Shown piece after piece: positions 19,187 through 26,778 of a stretch of 64,000 bases of DNA. A program made the position numbers and the translations under genes. Within the stretch, counting starts at the first letter, position 1. Each line of letters opens with the position of its first letter. This DNA comes from Candidatus Saccharimonadota bacterium (GTDB taxonomy: Bacteria; Patescibacteriota; Saccharimonadia; Saccharimonadales; UBA10212), in NCBI GenBank assembly GCA_016187175.1, contig JACPKG010000022.1, positions 11,989 to 75,988 on the forward strand, read 5' to 3'. Under the pieces are notes generated by a model. The model saw only the letters and a program-made list of their open reading frames with translations, ran no database searches and had not been told where the DNA came from.

Positions 19187-19899
19187 TAACCTGCCTTGTG
19201 GTCTTTTAGACCCTCAATTCTTATTGGAGCCAATCGTGTATCTTTATAGGCTCTTGGAAGCATTTGCTCGGGACGCCAATGGCGTACTAGCTTACTCAAG
19301 TCCGTGCTTGCGCTGGGCTGGTACTTACCGCTTAATTTTTTATACTCGCCCTCTACAGGTCCAGTTTCATAAAAGACCATCTGGGCAATCCGCTCACCGA
19401 CTGGCAAAACAACGCTTTCATGCTGGTTCATATTGTAGATTTCTAGTGTCCAGCGATTAATATAGCCTGGATCGCCCCAACCAGCATCTATGCATACGGC
19501 TACGCCGTTTCTTCCCCACGTACTACGGGCTTGCAAAGTACTTGTACCAGGCGCTTTAATACCGATAAATTCGTGGGTATGACCCAGAAGTCGCTCGCCT
19601 GGCCTGACAACAATAATTGGTTGGTTAGGGGGTATACCTTCAAAAAGTTGCCGACCGTTAGCTTTCGACCAATACTTATGAATTTCGGCCTTGTACGGGC
19701 CGTCAAAATAACGTGCTACATCGTTCCTGTCGAAGGGATTGTAAAAACCACTGACGCCTGTTCGCTCTGTACGGTAATACCAATTGCCCAAAGTAACATC
19801 CAGGCTGCTGCCGGCTATATTAGCTTTAATAAATGGATGACAAACGATATGTCCTTCCTTGACAGCTTTTCGTATCTGGACGTTACTATAAACAGACAT
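19186..19899 (-). CDS. dcd: dCTP deaminase / dUTPase-superfamily protein
   Basis: dCTP-deaminase-like N-terminus and beta-barrel core; its stop overlaps the tmk start by 1 nt. Confidence 0.8.
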   Translation of the reverse strand: MSVYSNVQIRKAVKEGHIVCHPFIKANIAGSSLDVTLGNWYYRTERTGVSGFYNPFDRNDVARYFDGPYKAEIHKYWSKANGRQLFEGIPPNQPIIVVRPGERLLGHTHEFIGIKAPGTSTLQARSTWGRNGVAVCIDAGWGDPGYINRWTLEIYNMNQHESVVLPVGERIAQMVFYETGPVEGEYKKLSGKYQPSASTDLSKLVRHWRPEQMLPRAYKDTRLAPIRIEGLKDHKAG

Positions 19900-19903
19900 T
19901 AAT

Positions 19904-19952
19904 TAGATTATAGACGTTCGATGCTCGAGCTTCGAGTGTATAAATTACAAAG
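19904..19952 (-). repeat. 49-bp promoter cassette, copy 2 (upstream of dcd)
   Basis: 46/49 identical to 15328..15376; TATAAT at 19907..19912 lies 7 nt before the dcd ATG. Confidence 0.8.
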
Positions 19953-19985
19953 TCTCACTTCTAGCATCAAACATCTAACGTCGAG

Positions 19986-20957
19986 TCATAAGGCGACTTT
20001 AATACTCGGGCCCATGGTGGTGGTGACGTACGCTGAGCTAATATAAGCACCTTTTAGACTTGACGGTTTAGCCGCCTTGATGCTAGCCAGCACGGCATCG
20101 GCATTTTGGCGTAGTTTATCTGGACCGAAACTGACTTTGCCGATCCCCAAATGGATTATGCCAGCCTGGTCCACACGGTACTCGACGCGCCCGGCTTTAG
20201 CCTCTTTAACAGCTTTAGGGATATCAGCAGAAATTGTACCGCTTTTAGGGTTAGGCATTAGACCTTTTGGCCCAAGCAGCTTAGCGTATTTACCAAGTCG
20301 AGGCATTAGATTTGGACTGGTTATCAAAACATCAAAATTAACTTCCTCCTTATCGAGCTTCGCTAGTAAATCTTCATTACCGGCGATATCTGCCCCGGCG
20401 GCTTTGGCTTTAGTAACCCCGTCGCCATCCGTAAACACAGCCACCCTGGTTGTTCTTCCTGTGCCTGAAGGCAAGGTCAAACTATCGCGAACGTTTTGGT
20501 CGGCCTGCTTAGGATCAACATTTAAGTTGACATGAATCTCTATACTCGCATCAAATTTAGTTGTCGAGGTTTTAACTGCCAAATCTAGTGCCTCGGCAAC
20601 TGTATACAGCCGGGCTTTGTCTATAAGTTTAGCTGCCTGACGGTATTTTTTGCCGGCTCGCTCTAATCGGCTGCGCGGTGGTTTTTGGATAACTTTTGGT
20701 ATCTCGTCCTTAACCTCTGCTGCAGCAGCTGCTTGTTTGCGTTCCTGACGGGCTTTCTCTGCCTCGACTTCCCTGATAGCCTTAGCGCTACGGCGACCAG
20801 CTTTAGCTTTAACATTGGGCTCTTCAATTGCAGTAGCTTCCTCAACTACTTTTTCAAGCTCAGGTTTAATTTCGTCTTTTTTAGTTATTTTTGGTTTTTT
20901 CGCATTAACTTCAGTTTTCTTAGCTTTAGGCTTGAGGCCTGTTTTCTTGTCTACCAT
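19986..20957 (-). CDS. rplA: 50S ribosomal protein uL1 with ~95-aa K/E/A-rich N-terminal extension
   Basis: The canonical uL1 core starts near GKKYRQAAKLIDK. There is no in-frame start codon near the core, so the extension appears to be translated. Confidence 0.9.
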   Translation of the reverse strand: MVDKKTGLKPKAKKTEVNAKKPKITKKDEIKPELEKVVEEATAIEEPNVKAKAGRRSAKAIREVEAEKARQERKQAAAAAEVKDEIPKVIQKPPRSRLERAGKKYRQAAKLIDKARLYTVAEALDLAVKTSTTKFDASIEIHVNLNVDPKQADQNVRDSLTLPSGTGRTTRVAVFTDGDGVTKAKAAGADIAGNEDLLAKLDKEEVNFDVLITSPNLMPRLGKYAKLLGPKGLMPNPKSGTISADIPKAVKEAKAGRVEYRVDQAGIIHLGIGKVSFGPDKLRQNADAVLASIKAAKPSSLKGAYISSAYVTTTMGPSIKVAL

Positions 20958-20959
20958 TG

Positions 20960-21385
20960 CTACTCAATCTCTACGCCCATGCTACGAGCGGTGCCGGCAA
21001 CCATTTTTTTAACAGCGTCAATATCCGGGGTGTTCATATCTGCCGCCTTAACTTGGGCAATCTCAGTTAGCTGTGAATCGCTTAATTTCTTTTCGAGTTT
21101 AGTTTTATTCGGCTCACCTGAACCCTTCTCTAGCTTCAAAGCCGACAGGATAAGTTCGTCAGTAGGCGTCCCAACAACCCGCCAATCCATTGTTCGGTCA
21201 TCGTAAATTCTGATGTGAACAGTTAAATTCTGGCCCATGCGGTCCTTGGTCTGTTCATTAAAGGGATTAATAAAATCCATCATGTTTACGCCGTACTGAC
21301 CTAGGGTTGAGCCTACCGGTGGTCCAGCGCTGGCCTGTCCGCCGCGGAGCTTCATCTTTAGTGTTGCCTTAACTTCTTTTGCCAT
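20960..21385 (-). CDS. rplK: 50S ribosomal protein uL11
   Basis: Canonical uL11. The ATG at 21385 is preferred (GGAGG 5 nt upstream); the track start 21388 is an adjacent TTG. Confidence 0.95.
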   Translation of the reverse strand: MAKEVKATLKMKLRGGQASAGPPVGSTLGQYGVNMMDFINPFNEQTKDRMGQNLTVHIRIYDDRTMDWRVVGTPTDELILSALKLEKGSGEPNKTKLEKKLSDSQLTEIAQVKAADMNTPDIDAVKKMVAGTARSMGVEIE

Positions 21386-21388
21386 CAA

Positions 21389-21535
21389 AACCTCCTTCAG
21401 TCGGTATAGTGAACAGTTGCCCGTTACCTGTTGTCTGTGGGTTATCGGTTATCAGTGACCAATTGGTAAATACTAAATGATAATTTATCGGTAATTGATA
21501 ATTGTAAATTGATAATCGGAGTGATTTTATCACGA
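21389..21535 (-). repeat. ~150-nt intergenic element X (nusG-rplK spacer), homologous to 35137..35288
   Basis: Alignable over its whole length with element Y (roughly 70% by eye), including CAATTGGTCACTG and GGCAACTGTT. It has a stop-proximal hairpin GTGAT-AAA-ATCAC. Confidence 0.7.
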
Positions 21536-22078
21536 CTAGACCCTCTTTACCTGTAGGCCGTCTAGCTCCACTGGGGTTTCGCGGCCAAACATATTAACCA
21601 ATACTTTAAGTTTACCCTTTTGGACGTCAATCTCGTTAATCGCGCCGTCAAAGCCCTTAAACGGACCATCAACTATATTGACTACTTCTCCGACCCGATA
21701 GTCAAATTTATGTTTGGGCTCTTCTCGACCCATGCGTTTCATGATTTTATTAATTTCGTCTTGCGATAATGGTGTTGGCTCGGTGCCTGTACCAACAAAA
21801 CCAGTGACGTTTGGGGTGTTGCGCACTATATACCAGGCATCTTCAGAAAGCTTCATTTCAACCAACACATAGCCTTGAAAGATGCGTTTCTCGACGATCT
21901 TACGCTTGCCATTTTTGATCTCAATCATTTTTTCCTTGGGCACTAAGACCTGAAAAATCTTGTCGCCCATGTCCAAAGAATCTGCCCGTTGACGGATACT
22001 CTCGGCCACCTTTTCTTCGTACCCACTATAGGTGTGAATAGCGTACCAATGCTTGGTCGAGTCGTATCGCTTAGCCAT
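21536..22078 (-). CDS. nusG: transcription termination/antitermination factor NusG
   Basis: NGN plus KOW domains (GEVVNIVDGPFKGFDG). The ATG at 22078 is preferred over the adjacent TTG at 22081. Confidence 0.95.
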   Translation of the reverse strand: MAKRYDSTKHWYAIHTYSGYEEKVAESIRQRADSLDMGDKIFQVLVPKEKMIEIKNGKRKIVEKRIFQGYVLVEMKLSEDAWYIVRNTPNVTGFVGTGTEPTPLSQDEINKIMKRMGREEPKHKFDYRVGEVVNIVDGPFKGFDGAINEIDVQKGKLKVLVNMFGRETPVELDGLQVKRV

Positions 22079-22136
22079 CAAACGCTCCTTCCAGTCGCTA
22101 TAGCTAAAAGTTGGAAGCCAAAAGCTAACTGGCTGT

Positions 22137-22478
22137 TCATTGTTTGAGTATTACTTTCTTAAATCCCTGATCAAGTACCCAGTCGACACCAGCAATCAGA
22201 GCGCCAAAGACGATAGCAAAGACGAATACGGCTAAGGTGAGACGCCACGTTTCTCGGCGGTTGGGCCAGCTTACTTGCTTTACTTCTCGCCATGAATTGA
22301 TGAAATAGGTAGGCATCAGCCAACCAATCGGACGTGCAAAAGGCCGTAGGAGACGCCACAAGAGTCTTTTTTTAGCGCTCAATCCTCTCGAGAGGCCGGA
22401 ACTAGCAGTGTTAGAAGTGATTGTTTCGGCTTGCTCCTGAGTAGTTGGGGCCTTACGAAGGCGCGGCTTTTTAGCCAC
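22137..22478 (-). CDS. secE: preprotein translocase subunit SecE (extended N-terminus)
   Basis: C-terminal SecE signature REVKQVSWPNRRET plus a TM helix; GTG start with SD AAGGAG. Confidence 0.8.
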   Translation of the reverse strand: MAKKPRLRKAPTTQEQAETITSNTASSGLSRGLSAKKRLLWRLLRPFARPIGWLMPTYFINSWREVKQVSWPNRRETWRLTLAVFVFAIVFGALIAGVDWVLDQGFKKVILKQ

Positions 22479-22523
22479 TTTTTCTCCTTTTACCCGCTTC
22501 AGCTTTAAAAAAACAGGCGGGAT

Positions 22524-22550
22524 AATTAAAGAACCTACTTGTTAAGTAGG
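22524..22550 (-). terminator. intrinsic terminator candidate after the DUF45 gene
   Basis: Minus sense reads CCTACTT-AAC-AAGTAGG followed by TTCTTTAATT. Confidence 0.5.
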
Positions 22551-22606
22551 CCGTCGCTGTCAATAATAGCACGATTGACCACTGTATGCAAGATGTAATA
22601 GTTAGA

Positions 22607-23323
22607 TTATAGGCTCCAGGGTTCAATTCGGGGTTTATGCGCGCGTACAATTTTTTGTTTTTTCTTAGCTTGCGGCGCAAGTGTCTCTAAGGTCTGCCAG
22701 AACTGAGGACTGTGGTTCAAATATTTAGTATGAACCAGCTCATGCAGTATCACGTAATCAATAAGCTCCCAAGGTAGCTGCATTAAAAAATAACTAAGGG
22801 TAATGCTGCGCTTACTGGAACAACTGCCCCAACGAGATGTTAATTTGCGGATTCTTAGACTGGAGTATTCAAAACCATATCTGTCGGCTAGCTCTTTCAA
22901 CCTGTAAGATAGAAGAACCAGTGCTTCATTCTTAAGTGCCTGCTCGCAGGCACTGCGAGCCTTGACCTGAACTTGTTCGTCAGTAGGAACTAAATTACTC
23001 TTTAGCAGTATTGCTGTCTTAGTCACTTGTGATTTGGGGGTGCTATTACTAGCTGACACAAAGTAGAGTGTGTGAGCTTTACCGATCCTCTGATTGTTTT
23101 TAAGCACGCTAGGGGGATTACCGGACATATGGGCAACTATCCAATTTCTTCGCTCCTTGGCATATGATATTGCTGAGTTATATGACGCCCAATAGGGTAG
23201 GCCAATCCTGACCTTACCGTCAGCACTGATGCTAATTCGTAGACTTCTGGAACCGCGGCGTTTTGTCAGGAACACATCACCAATGTCATCTATATGAACT
23301 TGATGAACTCGTTTTTGGGCCAT
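22607..23323 (-). CDS. DUF45/YgjP-like zinc metallohydrolase (M48/WLM-like HExxH)
   Basis: HELVHTKYLNH motif near the C-terminus; YgjP-like length. Confidence 0.72.
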   Translation of the reverse strand: MAQKRVHQVHIDDIGDVFLTKRRGSRSLRISISADGKVRIGLPYWASYNSAISYAKERRNWIVAHMSGNPPSVLKNNQRIGKAHTLYFVSASNSTPKSQVTKTAILLKSNLVPTDEQVQVKARSACEQALKNEALVLLSYRLKELADRYGFEYSSLRIRKLTSRWGSCSSKRSITLSYFLMQLPWELIDYVILHELVHTKYLNHSPQFWQTLETLAPQAKKKQKIVRAHKPRIEPWSL

Positions 23324-23328
23324 TTGTT

Positions 23329-23988
23329 TTAGGTGATCGAAATGTTACGACGGCTAAAATCTACGCGGCCGGCCTGCGGATTAGGGATCAGATTTATAAG
23401 ACCGGGTTTGATTATATTGCTTTGAACCATTTCGCTGGTTATTATACCTATTTGGTAAAGCCGGTTTACTATAGCGTTTTTTTGCGTTACAAAGGCATGT
23501 TTACCGCTAATCACTATGTAGTTCTCGTCTTTTGGATTTTGCATATCAGCTAGCTGTTGGTTAAAGGTTGAGCGCGTCTGGGGTTGTGCGTACTTGTCGT
23601 CAAAAGTACGCCTGTCGCGGCGCTGGGTGCGCATGTAAGCACTTTCTATGTCTATTTGCAGCCAGACTAGCAGGTAGACTGCCTTATGGTTAGTGGCCAG
23701 GCCACGCAGACGCTGCCGTTGGTTGATCCGCATAGCATTGGCGTCGTAAACTACGCTTACGCCAGCGCTTAGGAATTCTTCAGTCATATAATTCATCAAG
23801 TGTGTAATGATAGCGTTTTCTTGGGCGTCATAGCGGGGCTTGGCAAACAATTCATTGCGAATGCGATCTGCACTAACGTGCGCCGTCTGAATGTCTTGCG
23901 TCAAATTGCGGGCAAGAAAACTCTTGCCAGAACCTGGAAAACCATAAAGACAGATTAAAATGGGCTTGTTAAGCACGATTTTAGCCAT
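23329..23988 (-). CDS. P-loop kinase-like ATPase (AAA_33 / zeta-toxin / PNK-like fold)
   Basis: Walker A GFPGSGKSF at the N-terminus and DA (Walker B-like) at VVYDAN; no further specificity visible. Confidence 0.65.
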   Translation of the reverse strand: MAKIVLNKPILICLYGFPGSGKSFLARNLTQDIQTAHVSADRIRNELFAKPRYDAQENAIITHLMNYMTEEFLSAGVSVVYDANAMRINQRQRLRGLATNHKAVYLLVWLQIDIESAYMRTQRRDRRTFDDKYAQPQTRSTFNQQLADMQNPKDENYIVISGKHAFVTQKNAIVNRLYQIGIITSEMVQSNIIKPGLINLIPNPQAGRVDFSRRNISIT

Positions 23989-23995
23989 CTATCTG

Positions 23996-24001
23996 ATACT
24001 A
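23996..24001 (-). promoter_or_regulatory. -10 box TAGTAT, 7 nt before ATG 23988 (leaderless-type)
   Basis: Minus sense reads TAGTATcagatagATG. Confidence 0.4.
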
Positions 24002-24117
24002 TCACCTCTGATGGACTTCATAAAGTGATTGCGCTTATTGGTCCCTTGACGTCGCTTAGGACATGCCTCTCGGCCGTAGGCCATGAGCGAGGCTTAATTT
24101 GTTCGAGCCGAGTCGAA

Positions 24118-24192
24118 TGGCAGGGGCACGTGGAATTGAACCACGATCTAGAGTTTTGGAGACTCTTATACTAGCCGTTATACTATGCCCCT
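24118..24192 (-). tRNA. tRNA-Trp (anticodon CCA), CCA encoded
   Basis: Hand-folded: acceptor AGGGGCA/TGCCCCT, anticodon arm AGAGT-CTCCAAA-ACTCT, T arm CGTGG-TTCAATT-CCACG. Confidence 0.9.
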
Positions 24193-24244
24193 CTAAATGC
24201 ACTTTCTAATTCTACCCAATTTTGTGAAATCCCGCTCTGACGGT

Positions 24245-24448
24245 TTAGCGGCGGGTCGGGACGATGTTGCGGCCGAGGTTCTTGTTGGTCTCTGATTGCT
24301 TAGCTATGGTACGTTTGACCGGGCAGTACTTTTTAAGTTCAACTTTATCAGGCACGTTCATAATATTTTTGGTTGTGTAATAGTGGCGGGCGCCACAGGC
24401 GTCGCAAACCAAGCCAATAATTTTGCGCTTCTCGCTTTTCTTAGCCAC
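24245..24448 (-). CDS. rpmG: 50S ribosomal protein bL33 (C-terminally extended, 67 aa)
   Basis: bL33 pattern KIIGLVCDACGARHYYTTKN...KKYCP; GTG start. Confidence 0.88.
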   Translation of the reverse strand: MAKKSEKRKIIGLVCDACGARHYYTTKNIMNVPDKVELKKYCPVKRTIAKQSETNKNLGRNIVPTRR

Positions 24449-24455
24449 TTATCTT

Positions 24456-24461
24456 ACTCTA
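24456..24461 (-). promoter_or_regulatory. -10 box TAGAGT, 7 nt before the GTG of rpmG (leaderless-type)
   Basis: Minus sense reads TAGAGTaagataaGTG. Confidence 0.35.
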
Positions 24462-24525
24462 TGCGTACATGATCGTAGCCACATTCGTGCAATACTATCA
24501 AATAACAGATAAAAAAACAACACTA

Positions 24526-24554
24526 TTCAGCAATACTAAATTACGCGATATACT
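24526..24554 (+). promoter_or_regulatory. candidate promoter of tRNA-Thr(GGU): TTCAGC-17-TATACT
   Basis: The hexamers have 17-nt spacing and the -10 ends 14 nt before the tRNA 5' end. Confidence 0.4.
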
Positions 24555-24568
24555 GGTTTGGGCAAATT

Positions 24569-24644
24569 GCCGAGATAGCTCAGTTGGCAGAGCATGTCAA
24601 TGGTAATGACAAGGTCACGGGTTCGATTCCCGTTCTCGGCTCCA
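24569..24644 (+). tRNA. tRNA-Thr (anticodon GGU), CCA encoded
   Basis: Acceptor GCCGAGA/TCTCGGC, anticodon arm TGTCA-ATGGTAA-TGACA, T arm ACGGG-TTCGATT-CCCGT. Confidence 0.9.
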
Positions 24645-24670
24645 AAAAATCAGAAAAATAAGATTATCGC

Positions 24671-25711
24671 TTAGTTTTTTGATTCGTGGATAACGGCTTG
24701 GACTTTTTGTATGGCTTCGTGGACGTTACTGGCATGGATTTTGGCACCGGCAGCCTGCTTATGGCCTCCACCACCCAATTTGTGGGCCAGGTTTGCTACG
24801 TTAACCCCGCCTGTCACTGATCGAAAAGAGACAGCGTAAACACTTTGGCCAGCAGCTAGTTCGGGATAAACCACGAACCCCCAATCGTTATTTTCAAAAT
24901 TCCTAGCAAAATGACTGCTAAATATTTCAGTGGCAGCCTTGAATACCACGATTTTATTATCTTGACTCATCGGTTGATTTGTAAAATCTTGATCAATGAA
25001 TGAATACGTGTAGCCTCGGCCGCTATCTTGAATGTTGGCAATCAATGCCGCGATGGCTTGTACTTGATTGGTGCTGTAGCGTTCGATTTTATTTTCTAGG
25101 TGCTCTATGCTGGCGCCGGCATCGATCAGTTCGCTAACAATCTTAAATGTTTCCCGATGGCGTGGGTTGTCGTATTTGTGGCGGGCGGTGTCAGAAATTA
25201 TGCCGAGTAAAGTAGTCTGGGCGTAGCCTTCGGGCTTCTTTAGTCCTAGTTCGTAAAACAATATCTCGTAAAGTTCTTGAGAGGTAGCCGGGTTCTTTTT
25301 ATTAAAATATAGCGCTCCGGGTTCTACGTCTAACTCTTCATGGTGATCAATAACCACTATTTTTGTCTTTAATCCAATGACGGCTTCACGGACTTTTGTG
25401 CCACCCAAACGCGAGCAGCGTTCAAAGTTCATAGCGTCAACCATGATTAGTAAATCAGGCTGCAATTCCTGAATTATCTGGAGTAAGGGTTTAAATTCTA
25501 ATGCTGAGTAGTTATCTAGGAATGAAATGTCCTTCAATGGCTTTTCTTCCAGGACCATCTCAACTTTTTTATCTGGGAAATTGGCCTTTAGGGTTGTGCC
25601 TAACAATAAAACAGATGCTACAGCATCCGGATCCGGCGAAATATGCGAAGTTATAAGAATTCTTTTTGCACCTTTAATAAATAATCTAAATTGTTCGATT
25701 TGCCGTTCCAT
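24671..25711 (-). CDS. DHH/DHHA1 phosphoesterase (second NrnA-like paralogue)
   Basis: DHH-family layout with DHHA1 motif GGGGHKQAAG. Confidence 0.8.
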   Translation of the reverse strand: MERQIEQFRLFIKGAKRILITSHISPDPDAVASVLLLGTTLKANFPDKKVEMVLEEKPLKDISFLDNYSALEFKPLLQIIQELQPDLLIMVDAMNFERCSRLGGTKVREAVIGLKTKIVVIDHHEELDVEPGALYFNKKNPATSQELYEILFYELGLKKPEGYAQTTLLGIISDTARHKYDNPRHRETFKIVSELIDAGASIEHLENKIERYSTNQVQAIAALIANIQDSGRGYTYSFIDQDFTNQPMSQDNKIVVFKAATEIFSSHFARNFENNDWGFVVYPELAAGQSVYAVSFRSVTGGVNVANLAHKLGGGGHKQAAGAKIHASNVHEAIQKVQAVIHESKN

Positions 25712-25719
25712 TTAGGCCC

Positions 25720-25725
25720 ACTATA
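25720..25725 (-). promoter_or_regulatory. -10 box TATAGT, 8 nt before ATG 25711 (leaderless-type)
   Basis: Minus sense reads TATAGTgggcctaaATG. Confidence 0.4.
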
Positions 25726-25736
25726 TCATATGCTCG

Positions 25737-25765
25737 TTGAATCTCATCTGTTATTTTGCTAAAAT
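25737..25765 (+). promoter_or_regulatory. candidate promoter of the tRNA-Thr(UGU)-tRNA-Tyr unit: TTGAAT-17-TAAAAT
   Basis: The hexamers have 17-nt spacing and the -10 ends 12 nt before the tRNA 5' end. Confidence 0.5.
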
Positions 25766-25777
25766 AGGCAATGGTAC

Positions 25778-25853
25778 GCCACCTTAGCTCAGCTGGTAGA
25801 GCGCTACTTTTGTAAAGTAGATGTCGTCGGTTCGAATCCGTCAGGTGGCTCCA
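25778..25853 (+). tRNA. tRNA-Thr (anticodon UGU), CCA encoded
   Basis: Acceptor GCCACCT/AGGTGGC, anticodon arm CTACT-TTTGTAA-AGTAG, T arm TCGGT-TCGAATC-CGTCA region. Confidence 0.9.
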
Positions 25854-25952
25854 TAGTTCTCGGATCTCTTTCTCCGGAAAATACCCCGAGTGACGGATTT
25901 ATTCCGCACCCGGCGGTGATAAGAAACCGCGAAGGGGTGTCTTATAGTCCTA

Positions 25953-26039
25953 GCTGGGGTAGCGAAGCGGCCAAACGCATCTGACTGTAAATCAGACGGC
26001 TTAACGCCTTCGGGGGTTCGAATCCCTCCCCCAGCACCA
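25953..26039 (+). tRNA. tRNA-Tyr (anticodon GUA), long variable arm, CCA encoded
   Basis: Acceptor GCTGGGG/CCCCAGC, anticodon arm TCTGA-CTGTAAA-TCAGA, class II variable arm, T loop GGTTCGAATCC. Confidence 0.9.
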
Positions 26040-26067
26040 CAGATTAGAGCATTCAGTACGTTAGAAC
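26034..26067 (+). repeat. direct repeat DR-1 (3' end of tRNA-Tyr plus 28 nt), att-like
   Basis: 28/34 identical to 26669..26702; the two copies bracket the toxin-antitoxin pair. Confidence 0.6.
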
Positions 26068-26069
26068 CC

Positions 26070-26330
26070 TTATTTATACAATTGCGAGTGTGAACCAACA
26101 GCTATAAATAGAACGTTTTGGTCGTCGATAATTCTGTAATGTAACCGCAGATCCCCACCAGCACTCATTGAACGATATCCCCTCCACTCGCCTTTAAGTG
26201 GATGATTGCGTAATGAATGGTGGTTGGGATCTGTCAAAAATAAAGTAATTGCCTCTTTGATTTGTTTTCTCTGAGCTTCTTGTAGTTTTTCAAACTGTTT
26301 GTTAAATGTTTTGTGAAAATTAGCCTTCAT
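26070..26330 (-). CDS. type II toxin, RelE/YafQ/ParE-superfamily mRNA interferase
   Basis: 86 aa; pattern HPLKGEWRGYRSMSAGGDLRLHYRI...LFIAVGSHSQLY is typical of YafQ/RelE toxins; 4-nt overlap with the upstream antitoxin. Confidence 0.8.
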   Translation of the reverse strand: MKANFHKTFNKQFEKLQEAQRKQIKEAITLFLTDPNHHSLRNHPLKGEWRGYRSMSAGGDLRLHYRIIDDQNVLFIAVGSHSQLYK

Positions 26331-26605
26331 AGACTATTGAGATGATCTAAGGCTTCTTCTAATGAATTAGTTCTAGTAATGTTTTTGCCTGTTTTTAGGT
26401 CAGCTTCAACTTCTCTCATAATCTTTTCAAGATATGGGGTAGGTTCCAGCTCAGTGCTCAGTACAACTTTACGATCCCTAAGCATTTGTTTAATCTGGGC
26501 GTTCATAATGACACTAACGGGCACTCCCAGCTCAGCAGCAAATTCCTGAATCTGTTGCTTGGTTTGGGGGTCGGTCCTAATATTTAGTATTATGGTTTTA
26601 GTCAT
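26327..26605 (-). CDS. type II antitoxin, RelB/DinJ-like (ribbon-helix-helix)
   Basis: 92 aa; the N-terminal beta-strand/helix pattern ILNIRTDPQTKQQIQEFAAELGV resembles DinJ/RelB; it lies upstream of and overlaps the toxin. Confidence 0.72.
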   Translation of the reverse strand: MTKTIILNIRTDPQTKQQIQEFAAELGVPVSVIMNAQIKQMLRDRKVVLSTELEPTPYLEKIMREVEADLKTGKNITRTNSLEEALDHLNSL

Positions 26606-26611
26606 ACACCC

Positions 26612-26640
26612 ATTGTACTACCGTTGTATATACGTGTCAA
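26612..26640 (-). promoter_or_regulatory. promoter of the TA operon: TTGACA-17-TACAAT, 6 nt before the ATG; GTATATAC palindrome in the spacer
   Basis: Minus sense reads TTGACAcgtatatacaacggtagTACAATgggtgtATG. The palindrome is a plausible antitoxin operator. Confidence 0.6.
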
Positions 26641-26668
26641 TAATATTCTACTATCCTTATATCACGCT

Positions 26669-26702
26669 GCACCATAGATGAGAGCAAGCGGGACGTTAGA
26701 AC
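26669..26702 (+). repeat. direct repeat DR-2, att-like partial copy of the tRNA-Tyr 3' end region
   Basis: 28/34 identical to 26034..26067. Confidence 0.6.
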
Positions 26703-26778
26703 TTTGATTTTGCTCATGCTTGCATTTCTACTATAAAAACACATAATAAAAACACATAATAATTCATAAGGAGTAAGT

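Noticed and set aside
21386-21388. Double-Met starts (MM...) of rplK, nusG (22079..22081) and rpsE (38460..38462)
   Set aside because: The first M is an in-frame TTG immediately preceding the ATG (TTGATG). The SD spacing fits the ATG.
22471-22680. 69-aa minus-strand ORF spanning the DUF45 3' end and the secE upstream region
   Set aside because: It overlaps the DUF45 gene and a terminator hairpin out of frame, and it has no RBS.
24025-24117. Possible small RNA or extra tRNA downstream of tRNA-Trp (hairpin CCTCTCGGCC-GTA-GGCCATGAGCGAGG)
   Set aside because: It has no cloverleaf and no SRP or 6S-like conserved boxes. It is most simply a processing or termination hairpin for the rpmG-tRNA-Trp transcript, and the evidence is too thin for a feature call.
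25841-26098. 85-aa minus-strand ORF
   Set aside because: It runs antisense through the 3' end of tRNA-Thr(UGU) and the entire tRNA-Tyr. It has no RBS, so it is a by-product of GC-rich tRNA sequence.
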